From the NCBI RefSeq assembly GCF_963921235.1, contig NC_086108.1, positions 78,370,001 to 78,434,000 on the forward strand: a stretch of DNA of 64,000 bases, written 5' to 3'. A model generated the notes under the pieces. The model had not been told where the DNA came from. It did not search any database and saw nothing but the letters and a program-made list of their open reading frames with translations. This document shows positions 13,501 to 27,040 of the stretch, piece after piece (the stretch's first letter is position 1; every line of letters begins with the position of its first letter). Source of the DNA: Mobula hypostoma. Lineage: Eukaryota. The position numbers and the translations under genes are program-made.

Positions 13501-14479
13501 CTGGGAAAAATAAGAAATTATAAAGTTATTTTAAAGACTATATAAAAATGAATCTGAGCAGGTGCTACACCAAGAAATTTTTACAATTAACTTTAACCTT
13601 TGTTCCTTGGGGCTACTTTCCTTGAACACGTCCACTACTTAAATTTTCTTGTATCCACAGAAAAATCCAACTAATTTGAAATACAGATTTCAACCAGAAT
13701 CTCTGAAAGTGGAACAACACTAAATAATCTCATTAAAAGTATTTCACATTCATTATGAGAATTCCAGAGACAGAAAAATCAGTGAAGACAGAAGCATGCA
13801 AAGTATTGCAACACTGCAGGTAACATCACTTTTTCAGAGCAATAGGTATGAATACCAACTGCCTTAACTTGCTATTTCCATATACAAAAATCTATCTGGA
13901 TTAACTTGTTTCTCAACTTTCATTATCATACTTTACTAATTATCCATGACACAGCATCTCATAATATTTACTAATGGGCCAGAAATAATTACCCATGCCT
14001 AGTACAATCAAGTACTACATCATTGAAGAATACCCTTGAGTCTATAAGAGCTCTTCCTTCCAAATTACCTGCTAACTACTTTCAATTATTAGAATATTTT
14101 AATGTAATTCAGTATTTTAGTCTCAATTATCCTTTCTAGGAGCAGTTTTATTGACCATCCTCTGTAGAAAAGAAAGTTGGCCATTTTCTACAATTATTAT
14201 ACCACTTATCCCACCTAGATACTTCAGAATATCAAAAATCATATTTGCAAAGAGGGCATTTTATCAATTCCTGCCTGAGCAGTTCTAGTTCCTAACCAGT
14301 AAAATGGATTCTTGTTCACTTCCATTCCATAATCAAAAAGCACTGTTCTGCATTTGTTCACTGTCATATACCAACCTCCCCCCCCCCCCAAAAAAGGTGG
14401 TTATTTGTTGCAGAAACACTTATGATGGTGCTTAACTTTCTAATTCACTATTCTGTAGATACATTTACAGGGATGCTGC

Positions 14480-14880
14480 CACAAGAAAGCACAGACTCAA
14501 CCGTGCCCTCTTCTTGTCACTACCATTGCAAGGAAGCATGAAAGCCTTAGGTCCCACACCACCTGGTGCAGGAACAGTTATTACCCTTCAACTATCAGGC
14601 TGCTGAACCAGCGTGGATAACTTCAATCACCACTACTTCAAACTGATTCTATGACCTTCAGCTCATTTTCACGGACTTGTTACAACTCAAGTTCTCCATA
14701 TCATTTTTATTTGCAAAGTTTGTCTTCTTATACACACTATTTGTCTGCCCTTGCCTGTTTATGTACAGTTTTTCATAAAATTCTATTGTATTTCCTTCTG
14801 CCTGTAAACACCTGCAAGAAAATTAATCTCAAGGTAGTACATGGTAATATATACACACTTTGGTAATAAATTTACTTTGA
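14480..14880 (+). mobile_element. Rex1-type 3' end / SINE
   Basis: ...caggaacagttattacccttcaactatcaggct... ending in aataaatttactttga. Confidence 0.55.
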
Positions 14881-17800
14881 AATTGTTTGTCAAGGCCATA
14901 CACAGTACTTCAAGAGTGATCTAATCAAAGGATGACCAACTCACATACAAAATATTAAATATCTTCAGAATTTGTCAGGATTTGACAACTGATATATTTA
15001 GATAAAACTCACTACAGATTAACTCTTCTAACACAACTCTACATTTGTTATATATTATCAGTGACTGATGAATTAGCAATTTATAATCTTTTCTACCAAT
15101 GGCAGGGCTTATAATGACAATGCTGTGATCACATTAAATCATTACTACAACTCTAAACACCTTTACACATAGCTTATACATGTCACTGGCAGTGTCAGAA
15201 TTTGTTGCTCATCAATACTGCCGCTTGAACCATGTAGCTTGCTAGGCCATTTAGAGAAACATGACGAGTTTATGGTGAGCCCAGAGTTGCAGATAGACCT
15301 GAATTGGTATGGACAGAATATATGAAGTACATTAGTGAACCAAATTGTTTTTTAAACAACAATCCAGTGGTTTTAATAACCCAAATTGAGATTTCATGTT
15401 TTTTTAAAATCCAGGGTTCAATTTAATTTCTTGAATTCAGATTCTCTTGCTGCAACAGAGGAATTCAAATGGACATTTCTATAATAAATACCCCAGGCCT
15501 CCAGAGACTTGTCTAGTGAAAATGGTATAAAAGTTGTAAATTATATGATGTCTAAACAAACAACTTACCAACTAAACTAAATGAAATGCAGAAATTTGAA
15601 AAATTAAGTTTAAGGGAATATTACGACTCCCCTATTTTCAGATGTATTGTACATGGTAGATTAACAAATTGAGGTGATTGATTAAAGTAAATGGAAACAT
15701 ATTGAATTCAGTCAATGCCTATGCTTGCTTTAATACTAGTTATTCCATGCATTTATTCCATTCTAATTCTACTGAGCAGTAATTTTTGTTAAGCATGCAA
15801 TAAAGGATTTTTTTCTATGGGTGGATGGAGTCAGTCATTCCAGGATTACATTCAAATCACCCACTGTCAAATTCATTTAATGTCAAGAACTATGAGGTAA
15901 AGAATAATAAGAACAGGCTGCTAACCATTGCAAATGGGATCCAAATATCTGCAGCTGCAACTATAAAGATTAAGAAAGGATTACTGCTTGAACAAGTACT
16001 TGTCAAAACCATGAACTTCAGATGTACTTGAGTGGACCAATATTAGCAGCTTATTTCCTTTCATCCCAATCTGTATTAAAAACCCACAATAAACTACAAT
16101 CATATAATTAAGCCACATTTCATACAGAAATCTGCATTTTTATTGAGTATTTTATTGAGAATTTAATTGACCATCCAGTAACAGGTAAAATTAATAAGTT
16201 TTTTTTTTGTAAATAGTGTGGTGACGTTTATCAACCAATCTGTCAAAACTTTGCCGACATAACATTAACTGGAACAACATCAGAAAACATTGCGCAACAA
16301 ATAAGTTCAGAAAATAGTGTGATGTAAAAAGATTTGCTGGAAAACATTCCTCCTGCTGGACATCAATTCAACATGGTTTTCACCAAATTTTATGGCAACA
16401 GAAATTTATGGTGAAATTATGGTGACTGAGCTGCCCTATATAATACCGATCAATCTATAAATGGCATTATGAATCACAAAACCCTGGGTTCTATATGTGA
16501 AATGTTTCTACATACAGCTTCAATCTCAGCAGACATTCTGAGGATAAACAGAGTGGAGGACCAGAAGTTTCTCCAAACATGCTTCAGGGTTTTACTGCCA
16601 TAAGTCTATGATTGGCTGCATATTACTCCATTTCAAATGTAACAACAAAGCAATGGAAACACACAACTTTGAGGAAAAATGTTTTGATTTTACTCTTGGT
16701 CAGTTTCCAACATGTAACTTTAGCTTGAAATTAATATGCACATTTTGCAGTGCTTCAGCAAAAACTCTGTGCACATCAGATGTGAGCACTGAATGCTGTG
16801 CACTTAATTGGAATAAGGGCATATGAACCACTGGTTTACCTGAAGGGTGTGCATGGGTAGGGAGAGAAAAGATAATAGGTCAGGTACTGCATCTCCTACG
16901 GTTTCACAGAAAGGTGCAATGAGTAAGAAGTTAGATAATGGAGGACATGGAAGAATAAACCAGTGGAATGCAAAGGGACAGGCTCTTCACAATGCTAAGT
17001 GCAGATAATTTTAGATCTTATGGTGATCAAATATCAAAAAGTGAACTTGCTCATTCAGCTTAGTCCAGTAAACATACATATAACAGCATGATACCATATT
17101 GTCATTTAACCTTATTCCTGCAAATTGCTATTCAGTTGTCCTTATAATGTTGCTTATATTTTTCTCATCACATATTGCAGTTACTGTATTCCAAAAATAA
17201 ATTTAATTACAAAAGTAATGAAGTTATTTAAAACAAACTATGGAAGCAATTTATTGTGTATTATTATTAAAATGTGATTATTGTTGTACATCAATACCAG
17301 CTGTTATTGTTGCGCATTATTAATACACTAATGTTATTATAGTGTGGGTTATAATATAGACAGTCTTAAATAAGCTAGTCTGTCTCTATACATGGACAAC
17401 TCAAAGAAGAAATGGTAATTCTTAGCAAATTGACTAAAATTTTCAATATCCAGTAATAAGTGACAGTTTAACTCTGTGTTCCTCTGCCACAGAGAATATC
17501 ACATTTATTTCCTGTTAATGAAGACAAACAAATACCCTTTTGTAATATTTACAGGACGGTTACAGCTCAACACCAATGCAAACAGGTAAAACATCTACAT
17601 CTCTAACTGAAACTTTTGCATGTCTTTATACAAATTCGTTTCTATAACAACACCCATCTTATGCAACCTTAAATTAAGTAGGCCAATTTATAAAACTGAA
17701 GTGTCTCAGCACAAAACGTCAACTATTTCTTCCAACACCTACATCTCTAATTGAAACTGGCTGGAATTTTGTCATTAAATTTTAATAACTCTTAAATAGG

Positions 17801-18812
17801 TATTTATGTACATCAAAGGCAATCAGATATGTGACAAATTTGGTAATAACATGGTGTTAGAAACAGTCCTTGAATCTAGAGCTGAATAGGTCTCAATGCA
17901 GCAGTGGCAATAACCACAGTGGTAATATAGTAAAAGCATGAAGACTAGCGTGCTCTCTGTATAAACAGTTATCAATGAATGGATACATTGATAAAATATT
18001 GATGAGCCTAAATACCACTTGCTTGACTAGCTCCATAAAACATGATGTAATCAAGGTTCAAGAAATACCTTGATTTAGAAAGACCAACACATTTGAAGAA
18101 CTAGATTAAAGGAAATTTATAGAGCATGGAATATTTTGCCACAGAGAGTTATTACACAGAGATTGCTACATCCTTAAAGAGAAGATGAATATTTGAAGCA
18201 AAGGGATATGAAGTTCTGGATAGGAACAGTGGAATTAGTTTTGGATTGATCTGGAAAAGAGCTACCACACAAGTACATATGAAAGCAGTCAAATGGGAAT
18301 CAGCTTGTTTTATTAAGTTGATTCAGGTTGCCAAATATATCCTACTCCAAACAACACACGTCATCTCCAAGAGAACAACCATTTCATCATTATTACCACC
18401 TGAATAGTGTTATTCCTTCCACTCGTACCTACAAATCCCTCCCACCATTGCAACAGTTTCTCTCATTATCTTTCCGCCTTTTGCTAAGTGCATTCTTTAT
18501 AGAAGGGTCAGATAAAATTAGCTCTCAAACAGGTATTGTGCTGAACATGGAGGTTGAGTGCAATGTTCATTTAAACAGTCTTCTTTGAAGAGTGGTGGAA
18601 CAGAGCTTTTGAACACTTAAGACAAGCAGAAATATTCTTGCTAAGCAGGAGAGTGAAAGGATACCACGAGTGGACAAGAATGCAAAGTTGTGGTTACAGC
18701 CAAATAGTTAATATTTTAGTCTTAAAACTTTTGCATGGCTTTATACAAATTCATTTCTATAATAACACCCACCTTATGCAACCTTAAATTAAGCAGGCCA
18801 ATTTATAAAACT

Positions 18813-18930
18813 GAAGTGTCTCAGCCCAAAACAGCAACTATTTATTCCACTCCATAAATACTGCTTTACTTACTGAATTTTTCCAGCTTTTTGTTGCTCA
18901 AGGTTTCCAGCATCTGCAGAATTTTGTGTC
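18813..18930 (+). mobile_element. Penelope-like terminal repeat fragment
   Basis: Similar to the other PLE ends. Flanked by the 9-bp TSD tataaaact (18804-18812 and 18931-18939). Confidence 0.7.
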
Positions 18931-20523
18931 TATAAAACTAATTTATTTGAAAGCATCAATGTACAGTTGCTAAATTTGCTGATGATGGCTAGGAAAGGGA
19001 GTTGTGATGGTACCATAAAGACACCACAAAGGCATGTGATGCTGGTACCACACAGCTCGAAAACAAACTGAGTTCAATTATGCCTTCTGCTGTGCAGAGG
19101 CGGCATGTTCTCCAAGTAACTGCATGGGTTTCCCATGACGGCTCCAGTTTCTCCCCACAAGACATGCTATTTGCAGCTTAGTTAATGTAGGAAGATAGTA
19201 GGAATGGGCGTATGGGAGTGAATTATTAAGAAGTCAGTGAGTGAAATGGGATTGTTGAATGGCACCAGGAACCACAATGAACTTGATGGGCCTAATGACC
19301 TCCTTCTACATTGTAAGGAAAGAGGGAAATAATTAAGGGTAATACATAAAATAAAACAGATGTTGGAAATTCTCAGCAAATCAAGCAGCATCTGTGAAAA
19401 GGCAAAGTTCACATTTCAGATCCAAGATTCTTCATCAGTTCTACTGCTGACCTGCGGAGTGATTCTATTATTTTACCTTTTACTTCTGATTTCTAGCATC
19501 GGTTTTATTTTTATTTTCAATTGTGCTATTTATTTGGAAGGTATTGTTCTAGTATTCTGCAAGTGTTCACTTTTGATAAATATATCAATGATCCATCTCC
19601 TATTGAGTTTTTCTGTTGGATATCAGAGAAAAGCAGGTTCTTCCTATGTCCCTGTCAACATTCACCGTCCAAAAAAAAAACAATCAGCTGAGAACTCTAC
19701 TCATCAATTCTTATGTACAAAAATAGCTGAACAAAGACTGTTACACTTCAGAATAACTAATTGCACACTCTCTCCTCATCTCAGTCAGCAATCATCTCTG
19801 GATTCTGTATCACTACTTCCCTTCTGCTCTTCATACTAGCTATTTCATCCCTGCCCCCCATGCACCCACCCCTCCACGATGCTGCGGAACCCACTGAGTT
19901 CTTTCAGAGGACTATTTGTCTGGACAGTGGGTTTTTCTGCCTTCAGGGGTCCTGAGAGACAAGAGGCATGTCATCTTTTTGCTAGATATGTTTACAAATG
20001 CAGTTCTTCTATAAATATCTTAGGTAATATTTTTCTTTCTTGGGGGATTAGTTGCATTGCTTTACAGCTTCTCAACTGATGTGGTCCAACAGGATTTGGT
20101 ATGAATCAAGAAAATGTTTCTTCCTCACTGCTATCAACCTCAGCTCCAATTTTGTTTCCTTCTCTCCTTTTAGTCTTTTCACTGTCTCTTCCCTCTCTCA
20201 CTTGCCCATTTGCAGTCCTAGATCAAAAGATTTTTTCAAGACAATGGATATAAAGTGTTTTTAATTACACTTTACATTTGGTTTCAATTAATCATTCTGA
20301 AGTGCTTTAGATTTTGTATGCCACCAAACTCCTCAACTATCTTGTACACAAGTATTTGAGTAAAGAAAACTTCTATTACATTTACCTGCTTTCATTCAAA
20401 GATATAGTTTTAATTCAGTATATCATTTCCATACAAATATTTGAATTATTGGAAAATTGAATAAGAATTCTTGAAATATGGCAGGAATTACAACATACCA
20501 ATGAACTTATTTTTATTTATATA

Positions 20524-22184
20524 CAGGTGTTCCCCGCTTTTCAAACGTTTGCTTTACGAAACCTTGCTGTTACGAAAGACCTACATTAGTTACCTGTTTT
20601 CGCTAACAGGAAGTGTTTTCACTGTTACGAAAAAAGACAGCGCGTGAAAAGAGGCAGCGCGTGAAAAAAGCAGCGCACACCCCGAGCAGCCAAGCTCCTC
20701 CCCCGGCTCTAGCCGGCGTTGCTTAAACATATGCCTGTGAGCAGCCATTAGCAAGATGAGTTCTACGGTATCGGAAAAGACGAAAAGAGCTCATATGGGT
20801 ATTACACTTAGCGTAAAACTAGACATAATTAAGCAGTTCGATCGTGGTGAACGAAGTAAGGACAAAGTGAGTTTGGCTTGTGGAAGGTGACAAAGATGAT
20901 GTTGAAGAGGTTTGGCATCCCATGACCAAGAACTGATAGATGAAGAGCTGATGCAATTGGAAGAGGAAAGGATAACAACTGAAACCGAATGCAGTAGCGA
21001 ACGGACCAAAAATGAAGTCGTCCAGGAACTGAACGTGAAGCAACCGCGTGAGATTTTTGCTGCAATTGACAACAATGATTGCAGAGAAGTACGACTTTAA
21101 TTTTGAAAGAGTACGTCGGTTTAGGGCATATTTGCAAGATAGGATTTGAGTGCTTACAAAGAAATGTATGATAGAAAAATGAGCGAGGCTAAGCAGTCAA
21201 GCATACTGTCATTTTTCAAGCCTTCCACATCAGGCACAGTAGACGATGAACCTTGACCTTCGACATCGAGGCAGGCAGACGTAGAAGAAGATGACCTGCT
21301 TGCCCTGATGGAAACAGACGATGATGAGATGACACCCCAGTGTCCCACCACCCCAACCCCTGGGCCGCAGACCGATACATTGCTGTGGAGAATGCAGCGG
21401 TAGCCGGGACGCATCCAACGCATCTTTAAGAAAAAAAGCCGAAATAAACAAGCTAATTAATTAGGTGCCGGCCGGCACATAAATGTCGGCCCAGATCAGA
21501 GGCGATTGCTGATTGCCGATTGCATCGCCTCTGAGCTGGGCTGACATTTACATGCTAGACGGCACCTAATTAATTAGTTTGTTTATTTATTTCGGCTTTT
21601 TTCTTAAAGATGTGCTGGGTGCTTCCCGGCTACTGTTGCATTCTTCGCAGATGGGCTTCGGTCGGTGGCTTGAAGGTTGGGGACCATTGCACCACCCCAA
21701 CCTCCGACGACTCAGCCTTACACATCATCATCAGTGTGCCAGGCGCTGTCTTCCCAATTCCAGTTAAGTGATACTACACTGTACATACATTATTTCTACT
21801 TTATGTAGGCTGTGTATTTTTATGCGTTATTTGGTATGATTTGGCAGCTTCATAGCTTAAAGGTTACTGGAGGGGGTGTTTCCGCCGAGAGCGCTTGTAT
21901 GAGGTTTTCGCTACGGAGAACAGTGCGGCAATGATTGTAAAAAAGTATTTCTACTTTATATAGGTTGTGTATTTATCATATCATTCCTGCTTTTACTATA
22001 TGTTAGTGTTATTTTAGGTTTTATGTGTTATTTGGGATGATTTAGTAGGTTATTTTTTGGGTCTGCCAACGCTCACAAATTTTTCCCATAGAAATAAATG
22101 GTAATTGCTTCTTCGCTTTACAACATTCCGGCTTACAAACCGTTTGAAAGGAACGCTGTACCTTCGGATGGCGGAAGAAACCTG
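20524..22184 (+). mobile_element. pogo/Tigger non-autonomous copy B
   Basis: TA|caggtgttccccgc ... gcggaagaaacctg|TA. N-terminal stub joined to the C-terminal ASHDQELIDEELMQLEEE segment. Confidence 0.9.
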
Positions 22185-22189
22185 TATTT

Positions 22190-22455
22190 AGAGATAAAGC
22201 GCAGAAAAGGCCATTCCAGCCCATTAAGTTACACAGCCGAGCAACCCTACACTAATCACAGAACAATTTACGACGATTAATTAACCTACTAACCAGTACT
22301 TCTTTGGACTGTGGGAGGAAGCTGGAGCACCCGGAGGAAACCCACTTACTCATGGGAAGGAAGTACAAACTTTAAACAGAGGACATCGGAATTGAGCTCC
22401 GAACTCCAATGCCCCAAACTGTTGTAGCATTGCATCAACCTCTACCATGGTGCCC
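22190..22455 (-). mobile_element. V-SINE-like tRNA-derived SINE
   Basis: Core ctttggactgtgggaggaagctggagcacccggaggaaacccac. Confidence 0.65.
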
Positions 22456-23488
22456 TACTGATGGTCTGGAGTTTATTCTCACCTGAGTTGGAGAATTAAT
22501 CTGCAGGATGAGCTGGTTCAACAGTATTTAGCCCCAATTCTCCTTTGTTTGTCGTGTATGGGCATGCTAGGTTTAACTGGCTAATGATCAGATAGACAGA
22601 CAGGAGCAGAACTAGGCCTATCAAATCAGCTCCCCCATTCCATCATGGCCGATCCAATATCTCTTTCAACCCCATTCAACCATTCAATTAAAGTACATTT
22701 ATTATCAAAGAATAGAAACATGGAAAACTTACAGCACATTATAAATTATACACCTTGAGATTTGTTTGTTACAGGAAGCCACAAAGCAAGAAACCTGAAA
22801 AACCCAATTTAAAAAAAGACCATAACCACTGCACAGAGAAAGAGGGGGAAAAAAACACACGCACATCATGCAAGCAACAACATCTGAACCAGACTGAGTC
22901 CTTAGATTCACGTCTCGGAGGAGCTGAAGTAGTAGGCCCAAGCCTTGATCTCAAGTTCATCATATTAGCGTGCCAAAAATGCTGCAGAACTCACAGAGAT
23001 GGCAGCAACCATAGAGAGGAATGAACATTGTGGGAGAGTGAGTGAAGTCAGCCTGACCCTTACCTCTACAATCTCGTTTTCCAGTCTGTCCAGGCTGGCA
23101 TTTAAATTGTCCAAGCACCTAGTAGTGTATTGCTCTAGGGCCTGAATCCTGATGCAGCGACACCCCTGGGCCACACTCCTCGAAGCCATTCTTGATCTCA
23201 CCAAATTGGCTTGGCACTTGGAGCAATCCAACCTCGCACCCGGGTGAGGCAGGCAGGCATCAAAACTCCTCTGCATTGACTCCTCTCCAAATTGTTCACT
23301 CCAATAGCGACAGCGATAACAACTCCGTCTTGGGCACATTGCATTCTGGCTTTGCAATACATCTGCAGGGCCCATCCTTCGAATTAGCTTTACCTTCAAT
23401 TGCTTCTTCATTGCTTGCAGTGACAGTTGACCACAATTTAGTTCAAAAACTTCTCCTGCCTTCTCTCCATAACTTTGACACCTTAATT

Positions 23489-24649
23489 CAGTGGTCCCCA
23501 ACCGCCGGGCCGCAAAGCATGTGCTACCGGGCCACGAGGAAACAATATAATTTGGCGATATGAAACAATACGAGTCAGCTGCACCTTTCCTCATTCCCTG
23601 TGACGCCCACCGTTGAACTTTTAATGCACCCGAGGTCATCAGTGACCCAAGACGCAAATGATCCAAGCTATGCAAAGGAATGAGTCCGTGACCCATTTGT
23701 GAATGTCCCCAGTGAATCATCCATGTCAACGCAGAAAGAAGATCAACTCCTCGTGCTTGCAAATGACGGTGGGCTGAAAAGTATGTTTGACATAACATCT
23801 CTGCCGGCATTCTGAATATCCTGAGAAAGCCACAAAAGCACTGAAAACGTTGCTTCCATTTCCAACATCATATCGTTGCGAAGTGGAGTTTTCTGCAATG
23901 AATGAAATGAAATTGCAGAATAGACTGGACATAAGGAACCCCTTTTGAATATCGCTGTCTCCCATCACCCTTCAATGGGACCATCTTGTTGCAGGAAAAC
24001 AAGCCCAGGGCCCCCACTGGTTCAGCGATATTGGTGTGTTGCAATGATTTTATATGTTCATACGAGCAAAATATGCGAAATGTTACTTAAAATGTTATGA
24101 TGCTATTGACTTATAAGTGACTTATAATTCAGTGGTCCCCAACTTCTGGGCCGCGAAGAATGCACCCAACACACCTTTAAGAAAAAAGCTGAAATAAACA
24201 AGGTAATTAATTAGGTGCCGCCCGGCATGTAAATATTGGCCCAGATCAGATGCGATTGCCGATTGCATCGCCTCTGATCTGGGCTGACATTTACGTGCCG
24301 GGCAGCACCTAACCAATTAGCCTGTTTATTTTTGGCTTTTTTCTTAAAGGTGTGCTGGGTGCATTCCGGCCACCGCTGTACCGCTGCATTTTTCGTGGCC
24401 CGGAGGTTTGGGACCACTGTTATAATTGAATTATCACTATAATCATGCGAAGGAAATATGCGCCGTGTGTTTAATGTTAAATTCGTTAGATAAACCCCTT
24501 TAGAAACAAAATTGAGTGTAATATAAGTGACTTAAAGTTGACTTATCACCTATATTTCGGTTGTGATTAACGCCCCCCCCCCCACCGGTCAGCAAGAATA
24601 TTATCAATATTAAACCGGTCCGCGGTGCAAAAAAGGTTGGGGACCCCTG
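23489..24649 (+). mobile_element. hAT (Charlie/Buster-like) deletion derivative
   Basis: TIRs cagtggtccccaacc and ggttggggacccctg. 8-bp TSD ccttaatt/ccctaatt. C-terminal remnant KALKTLLPFPTSYRCEVEFS...KQAQGPH. Confidence 0.88.
24130..24419. mobile_element. Palindromic hAT MITE (290 bp)
   Basis: cagtggtccccaac...gtttgggaccactg with a perfect 8-bp TSD ttataatt. Almost the whole body is an inverted repeat. Confidence 0.9.
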
Positions 24650-25095
24650 CCCTAATTAACCTCCAGTTTAAATATACTCAATGACTTGACCTTCAGAGCA
24701 ATCTATGGCATTTAATCTGTGGATTACCATCCTGTGGCTAAATAAATTCCTCATTTCTTTTCTAAATGGATGTACCTCTATTCCCATACCATGCACTTTC
24801 ATGCTCGACTCACCCACTATAAGAAACATCCTCTCATATCCATGCCATCTAAACCTTTCAATATTCAATAGGTTTCAATGCAATTTTCACCCCCTCCACC
24901 TCATCCTTTGAAACTCCAGCGAGTACAGATCCTGAGGTGTCAAAACACTCTACATGTCAACCCTGTCATTCAGAGAATCATTCTCATGAACGTCCTTGGA
25001 CCCTCTTCAGTGCCAGCACATCTTTTCTTAGATAAGGGGCTCATTACACTCACAATACTCCAAGTGCAGTCTGACCAATGCCTTATAAAGTCTCA

Positions 25096-27040
25096 AGACC
25101 ATAAAACATAGGAGCAGAATTAGGCCATTTGGCCCATTGAGTCTGCTCTGTCATTCAATCATGGCTGAACTTTTTTTTTCACCTCCTCAGTCCCACTACC
25201 TGGACTTCACCCCATAACCTTTGATGCCATGGCCAATCAAGAACCTATCAATCTCCATCTTAAATACACCCAACAACTTGGCCTCCACAGCTTCACATCT
25301 ACTCTGTCTACGCCTTTTAACATTGAAAAGGTTTCAATGAAATCCCCCCCCCATCCTTCTAAATTCCAGAGAGTACAGATCCAGAGCTATTAAACATTCC
25401 TCATATGATAACCCTTGCATTCCTCAAATCATTCTTGTGAACCTCTTCAATGCCAGCACATCTTTTCTTAGATAAGAGCCCAAGATTGTACACAACACTC
25501 AAGGTGAGGCCTCACCAATGCCTTATAAAGCCTCAGCATCACCTCTCACATCAAGGAGTCCCAAGTCCCTTTGCATCTCAGATTTTTGGATTTTCTCCCC
25601 GTTTAGAGAATAGTCTGCACATTTATTTCTTCTACCAAAGTTTGCATTTTCCAACATAGTATTTCATTTGCCACTTTCTTGCAAGTTCTGCTAATCTATT
25701 TAAGTTCTTCTGCAGTCTTTCTGTTTCCTCAACACTACATGCCTCCGACAACAATCTTCATATCATCTGCAAACTTGGCAATAAAGACATTTATTCCATC
25801 ATCTAAATCATTGATATACAGCGTAAAAAGCAGTCCCAACACCGACCCCTATGGAACACCACTAGTCACTGGCAGCCAACCAGAAAAGGATCCTTTTATT
25901 CCCACTTGCTGCCTCCTACCAATCATCCAATGCTCCAATTATGCTAGTAACTTTTCCGTAATACCATGGGCCCTTATCTTGGTAAGGAGCTTCATGTGTG
26001 GCACCTTGTCAAAGGCTTTCTGAAAGTCCAAATATGCAACATCCACTGCATCCCCTTTATACATCCTACTTGTAATCTCCTCAAAGAATTCCAACAGGTT
26101 CGTCAGGTATGATTTTCCCTTGAGGAAACCATACCGACTTTGTCCCATCTTGTCCTGTATCATCAAGTACTCCATAACCTCATCCCCCCATCCTTAACAA
26201 CTGCCTTCAACATCTTCCCAACCACTGAGGTCAGGCTAACTGGTCTATACTTCCTTTCTGCTGCCTCCCTCCTTTCTTAAAGTGTGGAGTGACATTTGCA
26301 ATTTTGCAGTCGTCTGGAACCATGCCAGAGTCCAATGATTCTTGAAAGATCCTTACTAATGCCTCCACAATCTCTACTGCTACTCCTTTCAGAACCCTAG
26401 GGTGCAGTTTATCTGGTCCGGGTGACTTGTATACCTTTAGGTCTTACAGTTTTTTGAGCACCTTCTTCTTTGTAATAGTGACTGCACTCACTTCTCTTCC
26501 CTCACACCCTTCAACACCTGGCACATTGTTTGTGCCTTCCACAATGAAGACTGATGCAAAATACTCACTTAGTTCATCTGCTTTCTTCTTGTCCCGTTAT
26601 TATTTCTCCGGCCTCATTTTCTAGCCGTCCTATATATCCACTCTCATCTCTCTTATTTTTTATATATATTTAGACAATAGACAATAGGTGCAGGAGTAGG
26701 CCATTCGGCCCTTTGAGCCAGCACCACCATTCACTGTGATCTTGGCTGATCATCCACAATCAGTACTCCGTTCCCGCCTTCTCCCCATATCCCTTTACTT
26801 CAAAAAGCTTTCTCTATCCACCTTGATATTGCTTGCTAGTTTGCTTTCATATTTCATCTTTTCCCTTCTTATGATTCTTTTGGTTGCTTTCTGTAGGTTT
26901 TCAAAAGCTTCCTAATCCTCGCTCTTCCTGCTAATTTTTGCTTTGCTATATGCCCTCTCTTTTGCTTTTACATTAGCTTTGACTTCCCTTGTCAGCCAGG
27001 ATTGTACTATATTGCTAGTTGAGTATTTCAAATTTGAGTA
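25096..27040 (-). mobile_element. CR1 LINE nested in CR1; contains a short CR1 tail at about 26672-26800
   Basis: GFLKGKSYLTNLLEFFEEIT...YLDFQKAFDKVPH and a CR1 3' end at 25096. Confidence 0.85.

Larger units (their letters stand above)
22590..25095 (-). mobile_element. CR1 3' region interrupted by a SINE-like insert (about 22680-23450) and a hAT element
   Basis: CR1 tail at 22590-22676 resumes at 23451-23488 and 24650-25095, with a further piece near 27040. Confidence 0.7.

Noticed and set aside
19360..19839. Hydrophobic 159-aa ORF resembling a membrane protein
   Set aside because: T-rich intronic sequence overlapping decayed PLE ends; a compositional artefact.
22965..23810. 281-aa ORF, the longest in the track
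   Set aside because: It crosses unrelated hAT, CR1 and SINE pieces and has no recognisable motif, so it is a chance ORF.
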